A stretch of 45,787 nucleotides of DNA. Origin: Desulfomonilia bacterium (GTDB lineage: Bacteria > Desulfobacterota > Desulfomonilia > UBA1062). This document shows positions 1 to 10,045 of this stretch, piece after piece. The notes under the pieces are model-generated. The model was not told where the DNA came from and ran no database searches. It saw only the letters and a program-made list of their open reading frames with translations. A program made the translations under genes and the position numbers. The stretch is from contig JBEKDT010000024.1 of assembly GCA_050014195.1 (NCBI GenBank), forward strand, positions 1 through 45,787, written 5' to 3'. Positions within the stretch are counted from its first letter, which is position 1. Each line of letters opens with the position of its first letter.

Positions 1-1420
1 CGCTTTGCCGCAGCGACTCCTCTGTTTGCTTGCGCTCAGTAATGTCGCGAGAAACCCCGAGAATATCCATAGGCTTACCCTCATCATCCCGTCTGAAGGT
101 TGCTGTGAACTCGATCCAGACAGTATTGCCGTCTTTGCGGATCAATTCAAACTCCATAGTCCTTGGCCTGTCCGGATCAATAGCTTCCCCGCTGTTTTCT
201 TTGGCCAGCTCTTCCGATAAGACCTGAGCTGCAAGGGCATATGATGAGGACGTAAGCAGTTGTTCAGGGCGCAGGTTCTGTATCTCTTCCGGGGTATACC
301 CAGTAATCCGCACAACTGATAGGCTCACGTAAGTGAATTGTAAGTTCAGGTCTATGACCCAAATGGTATCGTGTACGTTTTCAGCGATCATCCGGTAGCG
401 GTGCTCACTCTCCTTTAAAGCCTCCTCCGCGAGTTTGCGCTCGTTAATATCAATGACTGATATGATCCCTGCGGGTTTTCCCCCCAGCATAGTGGAGGCG
501 CCTGAGAGATCCACCCATAATTCCTTTCCCTGCTTGGATATGATTTTGAATTCGTATCTTTGGATTGTGGACTCTCCCTGTTGGCGTTTCTGCCCGCGTT
601 GCTGGATCAATTGCTTGTAATCGGGATGTACGATATCCCAGAAATTCATGGATCTAAGCTCATCGGCAGAATAACCGCTGATCCTTTCCACTGCCGGATT
701 TGCATAGGTCCATTTGTCATGCTGATAGAGCATGATCGCTGTGGGTGTGGATTCTGCGAGGACCCTGAATTTTTCTTCACTCTCGCGCAAGGCCATCTCA
801 ACTTCTTTGCGCTGTGTCATATCGTGGACAACCCCGATTCTCCCGAGAGGTCTGCCAGCATTATCCCATATGGTCTTGGCATTGACCTCGGCGTGGATCT
901 TCCTGCCGTCGGCTGCGATGACGACGGTTTCGTACAAAGGGGTGTCTTCTCCTGATAGCCCTCGCCTGAACATATCCAAAGTGAACTCCCTGAAATCAGG
1001 GCTGACGATGTCAATGTAGGGACGGCTAATGAAATCATCGGTACGATATCCGGTGAGTTTTTCGAACTGGGGGCTGAGATATGTGAATCTGCCTTGTATA
1101 TCGAGGGAGAAGATGACGTCTATAAGGGTATCATAAATTAATTGATACTTTCTTTCACTCTCCTGAGGAGACGCTTCCACCCTCTTTTTCTTTGACATCA
1201 GTATTTGTGCATGTAAGCCGAAGAGGACGATGATTGCCAGAAAGGCTGTCCGTACAGCTACCTCATATGGATTCAGGTTCAGGATCTCTTCAATGAGTCC
1301 GTGGTTATGGTAAACAAGAACGTGAACCATTGATTCACTGATCCAGAAGACAATCCCGATTAAAATGCTGAGATAAACCAGGTGTTCTGAAAACCTGGAA
1401 CGGTTACCACTGTCGATCAT
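1..1420 (-). CDS. Membrane-anchored multi-PAS sensor protein (likely histidine kinase or similar), 3'-partial, runs off the window start
   Basis: Manual minus-strand translation from ATG at 1420 (RBS AAGGTGGAGA) is open to position 2. Two hydrophobic N-terminal segments precede three PAS/PAC repeats with ESEEKFRVLAE / ESEHRYRMIAEN linkers and HDMTQRK / IDINERK / RDITERK ends. Not in the ORF track because it has no stop in the window. Confidence 0.85.
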   Translation of the reverse strand, partial: MIDSGNRSRFSEHLVYLSILIGIVFWISESMVHVLVYHNHGLIEEILNLNPYEVAVRTAFLAIIVLFGLHAQILMSKKKRVEASPQESERKYQLIYDTLIDVIFSLDIQGRFTYLSPQFEKLTGYRTDDFISRPYIDIVSPDFREFTLDMFRRGLSGEDTPLYETVVIAADGRKIHAEVNAKTIWDNAGRPLGRIGVVHDMTQRKEVEMALRESEEKFRVLAESTPTAIMLYQHDKWTYANPAVERISGYSADELRSMNFWDIVHPDYKQLIQQRGQKRQQGESTIQRYEFKIISKQGKELWVDLSGASTMLGGKPAGIISVIDINERKLAEEALKESEHRYRMIAENVHDTIWVIDLNLQFTYVSLSVVRITGYTPEEIQNLRPEQLLTSSSYALAAQVLSEELAKENSGEAIDPDRPRTMEFELIRKDGNTVWIEFTATFRRDDEGKPMDILGVSRDITERKQTEESLRQS

Positions 1421-1840
1421 TCTCCACCTTTATCGTAGATGTTTGACATCCTGAATAGATGCTATGAGTTTATTTCGTCATAAATGAATAAAAGATTACA
1501 TTTTCCCCTTATATAGTCCAGGGCACTCATCACTTAGACAGTAGATTCCTGAGATAACTGAGAGCTTTCATAGACCCACATTATTCAAGGTCTCCTGAAG
1601 AGATCGACACAGGTTGACACCTCATCTGTTAATGCGGCTTATGACACGCAACCTATCAAAAACAACTTCTTCCCAGAATAATGATATCGTGTGCCAAGTC
1701 CAATGGTTATTCCAGAGCATAGATTTCTTTTTATAATCATCGCAAAAGATGGGCATTGAAGATCATAGATTACATACCATTCATTACGATTAACCTTGAT
1801 TGAAGATTACTTCGATAGATTAACGGTTTTAAGATGCCTG

Positions 1841-2481
1841 GGAGAGTCAGCCGGGGGAATTTCACCCCCAGCTGCTCGTAGAACCGGACGTGAACCTCTC
1901 AGCTCATCCGGCTCCCATTGTTCAGCCAATCGTATAGCTTGGCTTGGCGATACTCATTGATTCCTCCCATTTCTGGTTGATCAATAAATACCTCCTGAAC
2001 AACACAGCCCCTTCGCTCCACTCCCATTACAGGAGCTTCTTCTCTACTACGAGCTGTCCCGCCCCTGTGCCTGGCATCGGTACTCTCATCCTCGGGGGGC
2101 CTCTCCTTGGATTTCTCCCTTCTCATCCAGACGACAGGTTCTCACGTTCCGTGTAAAAGCCCGTATCGGATTCACACCATCTCTACACCGGATGCCGCTC
2201 AGACAGTAAACAGGTTTCCTCTGAGCTGTTCCCAGAGTTAGTTTTGGACCCTGGTTTTGACATCATCTGTGATCATTTTCGATGCCTCATCGATTGGTTC
2301 GCTTTCGCTGGTCTCTCCGATACTCACCTGACGCATTCCTTGCGCCTTTTCCCTAACGCTCACCACCATGGCTCTTTACCATCGCAGCTTAGGGCGGTTT
2401 GAAGCCTGCTCCTGTAAACCGACTCCGAGGGGCCCACCCTCATCTCCTACACAGCATTGCCTCTCAGCATTCGTGACACAC
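1841..2481 (-). mobile_element. Group II intron (IIB, bacterial class D-like) ribozyme lacking its RT/maturase ORF, about 640 nt
   Basis: 5' end GTGTG at 2481. Domain V GAGCCGGATGAGCTGAGAGGTTCACGTCCGGTTC (1914-1881) has the AGC triad, GAGA loop and AC bulge. Domain VI hairpin has a bulged A at 1847. EBS1 AAAACT (2245-2240) and EBS2 ATGATC (2276-2271) are complementary to exon GGTTTT and GATCAT. The 3' boundary is uncertain by 1-2 nt. Confidence 0.92.
1922..1957 (-). pseudogene. Collapsed remnant of the intron-encoded protein (MSIAKPSYTIG*)
   Basis: GGAGG RBS then ATG in domain IV. The 11-codon ORF ends 7 nt before domain V, where IEP stop codons normally lie. No RT motifs remain. Confidence 0.65.
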
Positions 2482-2704
2482 AAAACCGATGATCTACAGT
2501 AAGAACCTACGCAGCCTAAAGCTTCAAATGAGATCGTGGCTGTTAGGCTGTGCGCTGACGTTGATTCTCTATTCGCAATATGTGATCCTGACTAGTGCAC
2601 ATTATTACTTCCTTCTACTTACCACTCATCCTTTATATATCATCTCTCATCGCTATCTTTTCCTGCTTGAATTCGTATCATATCTTCTGTACATCCTGAA
2701 TTCA

Positions 2705-3081
2705 GGTTGAAGGAGTGCTGGTAATCGCTGGCGCCTTTTTTTGGCGCGAGAGGAAAGTCCGGGCTCCACAGGGCAAGGGTGGTCGCTAACGGCGACCGGG
2801 GGTGACCCCAGGGAAAGTGCCACAGAAAACAAACCGCTGCCAGTAAAGGCAGTAAGGGTGAAACGGCGAGGTAAGAGCTCACCAGTTCCCCGGGTGACCG
2901 GGGAAGCTTGGCAAACCCCACCCGGAGCAAGACCAATAGAGGGGCTATAAGGGCTGCCCGTCCCGCCCCTGGGTAGGTCGCTTGAGGTAACAGGCAACTG
3001 TTACCCTAGATGAATGATTACCGCCCGGCTCACAGGAATGCGATCCGGGCAACAGGACCCGGCTTATGCGCTGCTTCAACC
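2705..3081 (+). ncRNA. rnpB: RNase P RNA, bacterial type A
   Basis: Conserved GAGGAAAGTCCGGGCTC, GGAAAGTGCCACAGAAA, GGGTGAAACGG, GGTAAGAGC, GGCAAACCCC and ACAGGACCCGGCTTAT motifs. P1 helix GGTTGAAG / CTTCAACC closes the ends. Confidence 0.97.
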
Positions 3082-3118
3082 CTTTGTTTTATGATAAAGG
3101 AATGCACAGGATTGTCTT

Positions 3119-4183
3119 ATGGACAAGAAATCACGATTTGAGCTGGGCCACATCGAGAAGATCCGACGATCCATATACGTCTTTCTCCGTGATCAGATCG
3201 AGCGGAGGCTCATCTCCCTCGCCTTGGAGACGCCCTACCGCCTCTGTCGTGTCAAGGAGATCCCCTACCCCTATGTGGAACCCGGTGATCTGAAGCCAAA
3301 AAAGAAGGAGTTCCTGAAGGACTCATTCGTTGCGCAGCCATTCTTCATCATCTTCTGCGAGGACACTATCGATGAGGTCCGTCAAAAATACATACGGTTC
3401 TCCGACTCCAACAAGGTCAGGAAGGATAACCTCTCGCTCATCCCCGACCTGAAGATGCAGCGCTCCCTGTACTCAACGGCACGCTTCTTTGAGCGGGATT
3501 CGTTTTTTGACCTTATCGAGCAGCTCTTGGATGTCGATTATTGTCTCCTCATCCAGCGCGATAATCGTTATAAAAAGCAGAACCGCTACTGTCTCACGCA
3601 CTTTCATGTGAAGATCGACTGGCCCATTGCGGATGCGGCGGAAAGCCTGGCTAAGGAACTCCGCTACATCTCCAAAAACCTCTATGAAAAGGGAGACCGG
3701 TATGCAGAGATCCTCCAGCAGAAGCTCTTTGAATTCTATGGGTGCCACCACCAGGGTACGGGCGGCCGCCGCTCGGCAGCGCTGATCGCCGCCCAGTACC
3801 TCAAGAATGTGCCATACCTCGCTACGGTATACGTATCCAGCGCTGAGACCAAGACGCTGACCAGCTACTCGGAAAAGGGCACCTGCAGGTATGCCATTAT
3901 CCAGCTTGAGAAACAGTATGCAAAGATCGTCATGGAGAACAACGGCATCACGGAATCGGGCTTCCGCCAGGGATATGTGTTGGGTGAATCGGAGAATGCC
4001 TTTGACGTCCTGCTCTTCGTTATCTACAAACATACTGAATGGGGAACCCCGCCTGCTGATAATAAATTGAGGATCTTGAGGCCCGATTATTCCTGGCTTG
4101 TGCTGGATATGGAGATGGTGCTGCCCAAGACGGACGCCAGTACTTACAGGCCGCTCCAGGTCAAGTGGGTGTACAAAGGCTGA
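3119..4183 (+). CDS. Hypothetical protein, 354 aa
   Basis: Long ORF with natural composition and an AGGA RBS, co-directional between rnpB and folD. No family recognised. Confidence 0.8.
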   Translation: MDKKSRFELGHIEKIRRSIYVFLRDQIERRLISLALETPYRLCRVKEIPYPYVEPGDLKPKKKEFLKDSFVAQPFFIIFCEDTIDEVRQKYIRFSDSNKVRKDNLSLIPDLKMQRSLYSTARFFERDSFFDLIEQLLDVDYCLLIQRDNRYKKQNRYCLTHFHVKIDWPIADAAESLAKELRYISKNLYEKGDRYAEILQQKLFEFYGCHHQGTGGRRSAALIAAQYLKNVPYLATVYVSSAETKTLTSYSEKGTCRYAIIQLEKQYAKIVMENNGITESGFRQGYVLGESENAFDVLLFVIYKHTEWGTPPADNKLRILRPDYSWLVLDMEMVLPKTDASTYRPLQVKWVYKG

Positions 4184-4205
4184 AACGGTGCAAGGAGGAG
4201 AGAAG

Positions 4206-5054
4206 GTGGCGACCATTATCGACGGCAACGCACTCTCAAAGAAGAAGCGCCATGAAACCGCCCTTAAGGCAACCATATTTACCGAAAAGTACGGCCGTCC
4301 TCCGGGGCTTGCAGTCGTGCTTGTGGGTAAAGATCCGGCATCCGCCATCTATGTAAGGAACAAGAAGACAGCCTGTGAGACAGCAGGACTACGCTCCTTT
4401 GATTTTCACCTCGATGCGGCAACAAGCAGGGATGAGCTGCTGGCCCTGGTAAAAAATCTCAATGCCGACCCTGACGTGGACGGTATCCTGGTGCAATTCC
4501 CCGTGCCGCCCCATCTTGACTCGCAGGAGATCCAGCTTGCCATAGACCCTAAAAAGGATGTGGACGGACTGCACCCCTACAACCTGGGCAGGCTGCTCTC
4601 GGGCACACCGACACTCGTGCCCTGCACACCGTCCGGGATCATGTGCATGCTCCGCGAATACGGTGTATCTCTCAAGGGCAAGGACGCAGTAGTGATCGGC
4701 CGGAGTAATCTCGTGGGCAAGCCCATTGCCGTGCTGCTCATGATGGAGCATGCCACCATAACCATCTGCCATTCGCGCACACTCGATCTGGATAAAAAAG
4801 TAAAGGCAGCGGATATCGTGGTTGCGGCAATCGGCAAGGCGGAAATGATCCGGGGTGAATGGATCAAGCAAGGGGCTGTGGTGATTGATGTGGGCATGAA
4901 CCGGACCGAGGCAGGATTGAAAGGCGACGTTCAGTTCGAGGGGGCATCCGGGCGTGCATCCCTTATCACGCCCGTTCCCGGCGGTGTAGGGCCCATGACC
5001 ATCACCATGCTGCTGGATAATACCCTGCGGGCGGCAATGAACCACGTTTCTTAA
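4206..5054 (+). CDS. folD: Bifunctional methylene-THF dehydrogenase/cyclohydrolase
   Basis: Motifs [47 protein letters not shown]. Start reassigned to GTG 4206 after AGGAGGAG. Confidence 0.97.
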   Translation: MATIIDGNALSKKKRHETALKATIFTEKYGRPPGLAVVLVGKDPASAIYVRNKKTACETAGLRSFDFHLDAATSRDELLALVKNLNADPDVDGILVQFPVPPHLDSQEIQLAIDPKKDVDGLHPYNLGRLLSGTPTLVPCTPSGIMCMLREYGVSLKGKDAVVIGRSNLVGKPIAVLLMMEHATITICHSRTLDLDKKVKAADIVVAAIGKAEMIRGEWIKQGAVVIDVGMNRTEAGLKGDVQFEGASGRASLITPVPGGVGPMTITMLLDNTLRAAMNHVS

Positions 5055-5167
5055 ACCCTTAAACGAGAATTTAAGCTGATTCGCTCCTGGGTTGCACGTC
5101 TCGTTGGTGCATGCTAAAGAGGGGGCGTTCACCGCCCAGCAGTGATGATATGAATGGAGAGGTTCCC

Positions 5168-6244
5168 ATGAAGACCCCGCTTCATCACGAACATGAGAAG
5201 CTGCATGCAAAGATGGTGGATTTCCATGGCTGGGAAATGCCTGTCTGGTATACCGGCATCAAGGAAGAGCATATGGCCGTCAGGAGGCATGCAGGCCTGT
5301 TCGACGTGAGCCACATGGGCGAGATCGAGGTAAAAGGCGAGATGGCCGCCCCCTACCTTGAGCACCTCCTCACCAGGGACATCACTTCCATGAATCAGGG
5401 GCAGGCCCTGTACACATTCCTTTTAAACGAAAGGGGCGGCATCATCGACGACCTGTTCATCTACTGCATGGAGCCCGGGAGCCGCTACCTGCTCTGTGTC
5501 AACTCCGCGAACAAAGACAAGGATTATGACTGGATGGTCGCTCAGAACACAAAGGGCGCCATCATCGAAGACATGAGCGACCTCTATGCAATGATAGCCC
5601 TCCAGGGCCCGGCCTCTGGTCAAATCCTCAAGACATGCCTTGCCTTCAACCTTGCCCTCATCAATCCCCACACTTTTGCCGTCATCGACACAAAGGATTA
5701 CGGAGGGCTCATTATCTCCCGCACCGGCTACACCGGTGCCGGGGGGGTGGAGATCTTCCTCTCTCCTCAGGCCGCCTCCCCTCTGTGGCAGTCGTTCCTG
5801 GCATCAGGTGCAACCCCGTGCGGGCTGGGTGCGCGCGACACGCTGAGGCTCGAAATGGGCTACCCCCTGCACGGCAACGACATCACCGAGGCCGTCACAC
5901 CGCTGGAGGCTGGTTTAAGCTTTGCCGTAGATCTGAAGAAGGACGATTTCATCGGGAAACAGGCGCTTCTTGATCAGCAAAGGCTGGGTATAAAAAGACG
6001 GCTCGTCGGCATGGAGGTACTGGACAGGGGCATACCCCGCGAGGGCTGCACGTGCTTTAAGAATGACCATGAGGTGGGTATCATCACCTCGGGGAACATA
6101 TCTCCGGTGAGAGGATCCGGCATTGCTCTCGGCTATGTGGATGGCTTCATCAAAGAAGGCGATGGGCTTTTTATTCGGGTGAGAGACAAACTCTTACGGT
6201 CCCGTATCAAGAGGCCCCCTTTTGTGAACGGGACCTTGCCGTAA
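5168..6244 (+). CDS. gcvT: Glycine cleavage system T protein (aminomethyltransferase)
   Basis: KTPLH, GWEMP, GLFDVSHMG, RTGYTG, GLGARDTLRLEMG. Start at ATG 5168 after GGAGAGG. Confidence 0.97.
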   Translation: MKTPLHHEHEKLHAKMVDFHGWEMPVWYTGIKEEHMAVRRHAGLFDVSHMGEIEVKGEMAAPYLEHLLTRDITSMNQGQALYTFLLNERGGIIDDLFIYCMEPGSRYLLCVNSANKDKDYDWMVAQNTKGAIIEDMSDLYAMIALQGPASGQILKTCLAFNLALINPHTFAVIDTKDYGGLIISRTGYTGAGGVEIFLSPQAASPLWQSFLASGATPCGLGARDTLRLEMGYPLHGNDITEAVTPLEAGLSFAVDLKKDDFIGKQALLDQQRLGIKRRLVGMEVLDRGIPREGCTCFKNDHEVGIITSGNISPVRGSGIALGYVDGFIKEGDGLFIRVRDKLLRSRIKRPPFVNGTLP

Positions 6245-6273
6245 ATGAAATCATTTTACAAGTGAGGGCACAG

Positions 6274-6663
6274 ATGAATATTCCGGATGGTTTGTATTAT
6301 ACGATAGATCATGAATGGGCAAAGATCGAGAACGGCAAAGTCCGCATGGGAATCACGGATTACGCCCAGCATGAGCTTGGAGACATCGTATTTGTAGACC
6401 TGAAGTCAAAAGGCACCAAGGTCGACAAGGGTGACTCGGTGGGTACCATCGAGTCTGTAAAGGCGGTCTCCGAGGTCTATGCACCCCTTACAGGCTCTAT
6501 TACCGAGGCGAACCCCGATCTGGAGACGAGCCCCGAGCTCGTCAATCAGGACTGCTACGGCAAGGGATGGATGGTCATCATTGCCGTCACATCCACTGAA
6601 GAGATCTCCGGCCTTATGGATGCCGCGGCATACAAGGAATACCTTGCGAAAGAGGCAAAATAA
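6274..6663 (+). CDS. gcvH: Glycine cleavage system H protein
   Basis: HEW, GITDYAQ..LGDIVFV, lipoyl-lysine motif IESVKAVSE, PELVN.DCYG.GW. Confidence 0.97.
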   Translation: MNIPDGLYYTIDHEWAKIENGKVRMGITDYAQHELGDIVFVDLKSKGTKVDKGDSVGTIESVKAVSEVYAPLTGSITEANPDLETSPELVNQDCYGKGWMVIIAVTSTEEISGLMDAAAYKEYLAKEAK

Positions 6664-6664
6664 A

Positions 6665-7966
6665 TTGTCCTTCCTCCCCACCAGCCCCGAAGACCTCAAA
6701 GATCTTCTTTCTGTGATCGGCATCGAGGATGTCGAACAGCTCTTTAGTGCTATCCCGAAAGAGGCACGTCACAAGGGCCCGCTTAAGGTGGAAGGCCCCC
6801 TCGATGAGCTGACGCTCCGGAGACGCTTCCAGGTGATTCCCTTAAGGGTGGTCTTTTTAGGTGGTGGGGTCTATCATCACTTTATCCCTGCTGTTGTGGA
6901 TTCAACTGCCTCCCGGCAGGAGTTCCTGACCGCATATACCCCGTATCAGCCGGAGATAAGCCAGGGTACCCTGCAGGCGATGTTTGAATTTCAGAGCATG
7001 ATGGCCGCGCTCACCGGCATGGATGCATCGAACGCCTCCATGTACGACGGCGCCACCGCTCTTGCAGAGGCTGCCATCATGGCCACGCGCATTAAGGACA
7101 TCAAGAGAATAGTGATTTCCCGTTCAACGAATCCTGTATACCGCTTCGTGCTCAAGACATACTTTCGTAATAACCATGAGGTTGAACTCGTAGAAGTTCC
7201 CTTTGACCCCACAACCGGAAAGGTGAATGCAGGGGCATTGGAAAAACTCGTGGATGGTAGCGTTGCATTCTTCCTTCAACAGCCGAACTATTTCGGCGTC
7301 ATTGAGGACATGGGGAGAGTTTCACGCATCGCGGCCAAAGCAGGGTTCTGGGGCGTGGTGGTGGGCGAGGCCGCATCTCTTGGCCTGCTCCAGCCGCCCG
7401 GCTCCTTCGGGTGCGATGTGGTGGTAGGCGAGGCACAGTCTTTCGGCAACCCTGCAAATGCCGGCGGCCCGCTCCTGGGGTTTTTCTGTACAAAGAAGGA
7501 ACATATACGCCGCATACCCGGCAGGATCGTGGGGCTCACAAGAGATTCCGCAGGCAATCGCGCCTTCTGCCTGACACTCTCCACGCGCGAGCAGCACATC
7601 CGCAGGGAAAAGGCCACCTCGAACATCTGCACCAACGAGGGGCTGTGTGCCTTGCGGGCAACGATCTATCTGTCTGCGCTCGGGCCCAGGGGCCTGCGCG
7701 ATGTGGCCGTTCAGTGCGCCGCAGGGACGAGAACCCTCATGTCCGCACTGGAAAAGAAAGGCATAAAGCCCGTCTTTACCGGAGAGGTTTTCAATGAATT
7801 CGTCATCCCCATGGACACGGATACCCTTAAGAACTTGCAGGGCAGCGGTATTGCCTGCGGAATCCCTATCGGACCAAACTATCCGGAGATGAAAGACGCC
7901 GTGCTCTTGACCATGACCGAGATGAATACGAATGAGGACATAAGATGTCTGACGGAACTGCTGTAA
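6665..7966 (+). CDS. gcvPA: Glycine dehydrogenase subunit 1
   Basis: FLTAYTPYQPEISQG, NASMYDGA, GGP.LG, REQHIRREKATSNICTN. Start inferred at TTG 6665, immediately after the gcvH stop. Confidence 0.95.
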   Translation: MSFLPTSPEDLKDLLSVIGIEDVEQLFSAIPKEARHKGPLKVEGPLDELTLRRRFQVIPLRVVFLGGGVYHHFIPAVVDSTASRQEFLTAYTPYQPEISQGTLQAMFEFQSMMAALTGMDASNASMYDGATALAEAAIMATRIKDIKRIVISRSTNPVYRFVLKTYFRNNHEVELVEVPFDPTTGKVNAGALEKLVDGSVAFFLQQPNYFGVIEDMGRVSRIAAKAGFWGVVVGEAASLGLLQPPGSFGCDVVVGEAQSFGNPANAGGPLLGFFCTKKEHIRRIPGRIVGLTRDSAGNRAFCLTLSTREQHIRREKATSNICTNEGLCALRATIYLSALGPRGLRDVAVQCAAGTRTLMSALEKKGIKPVFTGEVFNEFVIPMDTDTLKNLQGSGIACGIPIGPNYPEMKDAVLLTMTEMNTNEDIRCLTELL

Positions 7967-7977
7967 GGAGCTTCCCC

Positions 7978-9420
7978 GTGATCATTGAGCCCTTGCTCGC
8001 AGAGCTCAGCGGTGAAGGCAAAAACGGCATTGCCGTACCAAGTCCCTTTGATGCCGCACTGTGTAATGGCATCTCAGCACATACCCGCATGCCGGAGCTT
8101 CCCGAGCTCTCGGAGGTGGAGACGGTACGTCACTTCACCAGGCTCTCCCGTCTCAACTTCGGCATAGAGACGGGCATGTACCCCCTGGGTTCGTGCACCA
8201 TGAAATACAACCCCAAGGTCAGTGAGGAGATCGCCCGCACCATCGCTGCAGTCCATCCGGGGGATGAGACGGGGCGTGCGAGTGTTCTGGAGTGGCTCGT
8301 TAGTCTAAAAGGCATCCTTGAAGAGATCTGCGGCATGGATGAGTGCTGCCTGTGGCCGGCTGCAGGCGCTCACGGTGAGCTCACCGGCATGCTCGTCATC
8401 AAGCAGGCCATTATGAAAAAAAAGGAACGCCGCACCAAGGTGCTCATCCCGGACACCGCCCACGGCACCAACCCTGCATCATGCAGCATTGCAGGCTTCG
8501 TGACGGTGAACATCCCGTCGGGGCCCGATGGTTTCTTAAGGGCAGCAGATCTCAAAGACCACCTCGATAAAGACGTGGCGGCCCTCATGATCACAAACCC
8601 CAATACCTTAGGTATATTCGAACAGGAGATCCTTGAGATCGCCCGTGTGCTCCATGAAAACGGATCATACCTCTACATGGACGGTGCAAACCTGAATGCC
8701 GTCATGGGCATTGTCCGGCCGGGCGATATCGGGGTCGACTGCATGCATATCAACCTCCATAAGACCTTCGGCTCCCCCCACGGCGGCGGCGGCCCCGGGA
8801 GCGGGCCGGTCCTGGTAAAGAAAGACCTGGCCCCATTCCTTCCCGTACCCAGGATAGAACGCAACGGATCGGGACATTTAGTTCTGCAGGATGATTTTCC
8901 TGACAGCATCGGCATGATCCACTCTACTTATGGCAACGTGGCGGTACTGCTCAAGGCTTATGTCTTCTGCCTGAGCCTTGGCCCGCAGGGCCTCAAAGAG
9001 GCATCGATAAGGGCATGCCTGAATGCAAACTATCTTAAGAGCAGGCTGTCTACCCTCTTTGATCTTCCCTACACGACCCCGACGATGCACGAGTTCGTGC
9101 TCAGCGACAAGAAGCAGAAATCTTCTGGAGTGACCACCATCGACATGGCAAAGGCCCTTATGGAGTACGGCTTCCATCCGCCCACCGTATATTTCCCCCT
9201 GGTGGTGCAGGGTTCCATCATGATAGAACCTACTGAAAGCGAACCGATGAGCGAGCTCAAGCGGTTCGTAGGTGCCATGGAAGACATCGCTAAAAAGGCT
9301 GCAGCCGCGCCTGACGACCTGCGCACAAGCCCCAGGGGCATGCCGGTGAAGCGCGTCGATGAGGTCTGGGCTGCAAGGAACCTCATTCTTACATGGAAAG
9401 ATCTGAATCCATCAGAATAA
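7978..9420 (+). CDS. gcvPB: Glycine dehydrogenase subunit 2
   Basis: YPLGSCTMKYNP, AHGTNPAS, YMDGANLNA, PLP-lysine motif HINLHKTFGSPHGGGGPG, MIEPTESE. Start inferred at GTG 7978 after AAGGAG. Confidence 0.96.
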   Translation: MIIEPLLAELSGEGKNGIAVPSPFDAALCNGISAHTRMPELPELSEVETVRHFTRLSRLNFGIETGMYPLGSCTMKYNPKVSEEIARTIAAVHPGDETGRASVLEWLVSLKGILEEICGMDECCLWPAAGAHGELTGMLVIKQAIMKKKERRTKVLIPDTAHGTNPASCSIAGFVTVNIPSGPDGFLRAADLKDHLDKDVAALMITNPNTLGIFEQEILEIARVLHENGSYLYMDGANLNAVMGIVRPGDIGVDCMHINLHKTFGSPHGGGGPGSGPVLVKKDLAPFLPVPRIERNGSGHLVLQDDFPDSIGMIHSTYGNVAVLLKAYVFCLSLGPQGLKEASIRACLNANYLKSRLSTLFDLPYTTPTMHEFVLSDKKQKSSGVTTIDMAKALMEYGFHPPTVYFPLVVQGSIMIEPTESEPMSELKRFVGAMEDIAKKAAAAPDDLRTSPRGMPVKRVDEVWAARNLILTWKDLNPSE

Positions 9421-9433
9421 AGCAGGTATCTAA

Positions 9434-10045
9434 ATGGGTAAGAAGAAGGATATTGTTTCCGATGCAGTCCTGGTAAGAGGTATTAAACATGGCGATGCAA
9501 CCGCCATGGAGGAGATAGTGAGGAGATATTCGAACAAGGTATATAATCTTGCATACCATCTCACACGTGATGCATCGGCTGCCGAAGAGATCATGCAGGA
9601 GGTCTTTCTCACCATCATTTCCAAGATCAATACCTTAACCAATGACGCGTACTTTTCCACCTGGCTCTACCGTGTAGCAACAAACGCCTCGTACGGCTTC
9701 CTGCGCAAAGAAAGGAAATTTACCGATCAGACCCCTATTGAAGAGGCCGACCAGGAACCGTCTATAGACTACGAGTACGACTGGTCGACACTGCCGGACG
9801 ACATCCTCCTGTCCGAGGAAAGCAGGACCATCCTCCAGACTTCCATCGACTCGCTGCCCGACAACATGCGGACCGTGGTCATCATGAAAGACATAGAGGG
9901 TTTATCCAACGAAGAGATCGCACAGTCCTTAGGCCTCAGTGTCCCCGCCGTAAAATCCAGACTTCACCGGGGGCGACTCATCCTGAGGGATGTCCTGTCC
10001 GACTACTTCAGGAAATACACACTCCCTGAAGGAGAAGGCGTATGA
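9434..10045 (+). CDS. ECF RNA polymerase sigma factor
   Basis: Region 2 (AEEIMQEVFL, FSTWLYRVATN) and region 4 (EGLSNEEIAQSLGLSVPAVKSRLHRGR). Confidence 0.95.
   Translation: MGKKKDIVSDAVLVRGIKHGDATAMEEIVRRYSNKVYNLAYHLTRDASAAEEIMQEVFLTIISKINTLTNDAYFSTWLYRVATNASYGFLRKERKFTDQTPIEEADQEPSIDYEYDWSTLPDDILLSEESRTILQTSIDSLPDNMRTVVIMKDIEGLSNEEIAQSLGLSVPAVKSRLHRGRLILRDVLSDYFRKYTLPEGEGV

Noticed and set aside
1899-2156. ORFs at 1899-2126 and 1944-2156 as an intron protein
   Set aside because: They lie across ribozyme domains and have no RT or maturase motifs.
2511-2550. attC-like site (GCCTAA...GTTAGGC hairpin)
   Set aside because: About 35 bp, too short. The left box is GCCTAAA rather than RYYYAAC, and there is no integrase or cassette array.
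2640-2997. ORFs at 2640-2936, 2653-2997 and 2741-2950
   Set aside because: They overlap RNase P RNA and are shadow ORFs.
5055-5167. Glycine riboswitch upstream of gcvT
   Set aside because: Only short hairpins are present (AACGAGA/TCTCGTT, GGGCG/CGCCC). The GGAGA..CCGAAG..CTCTCAGG aptamer core is absent.
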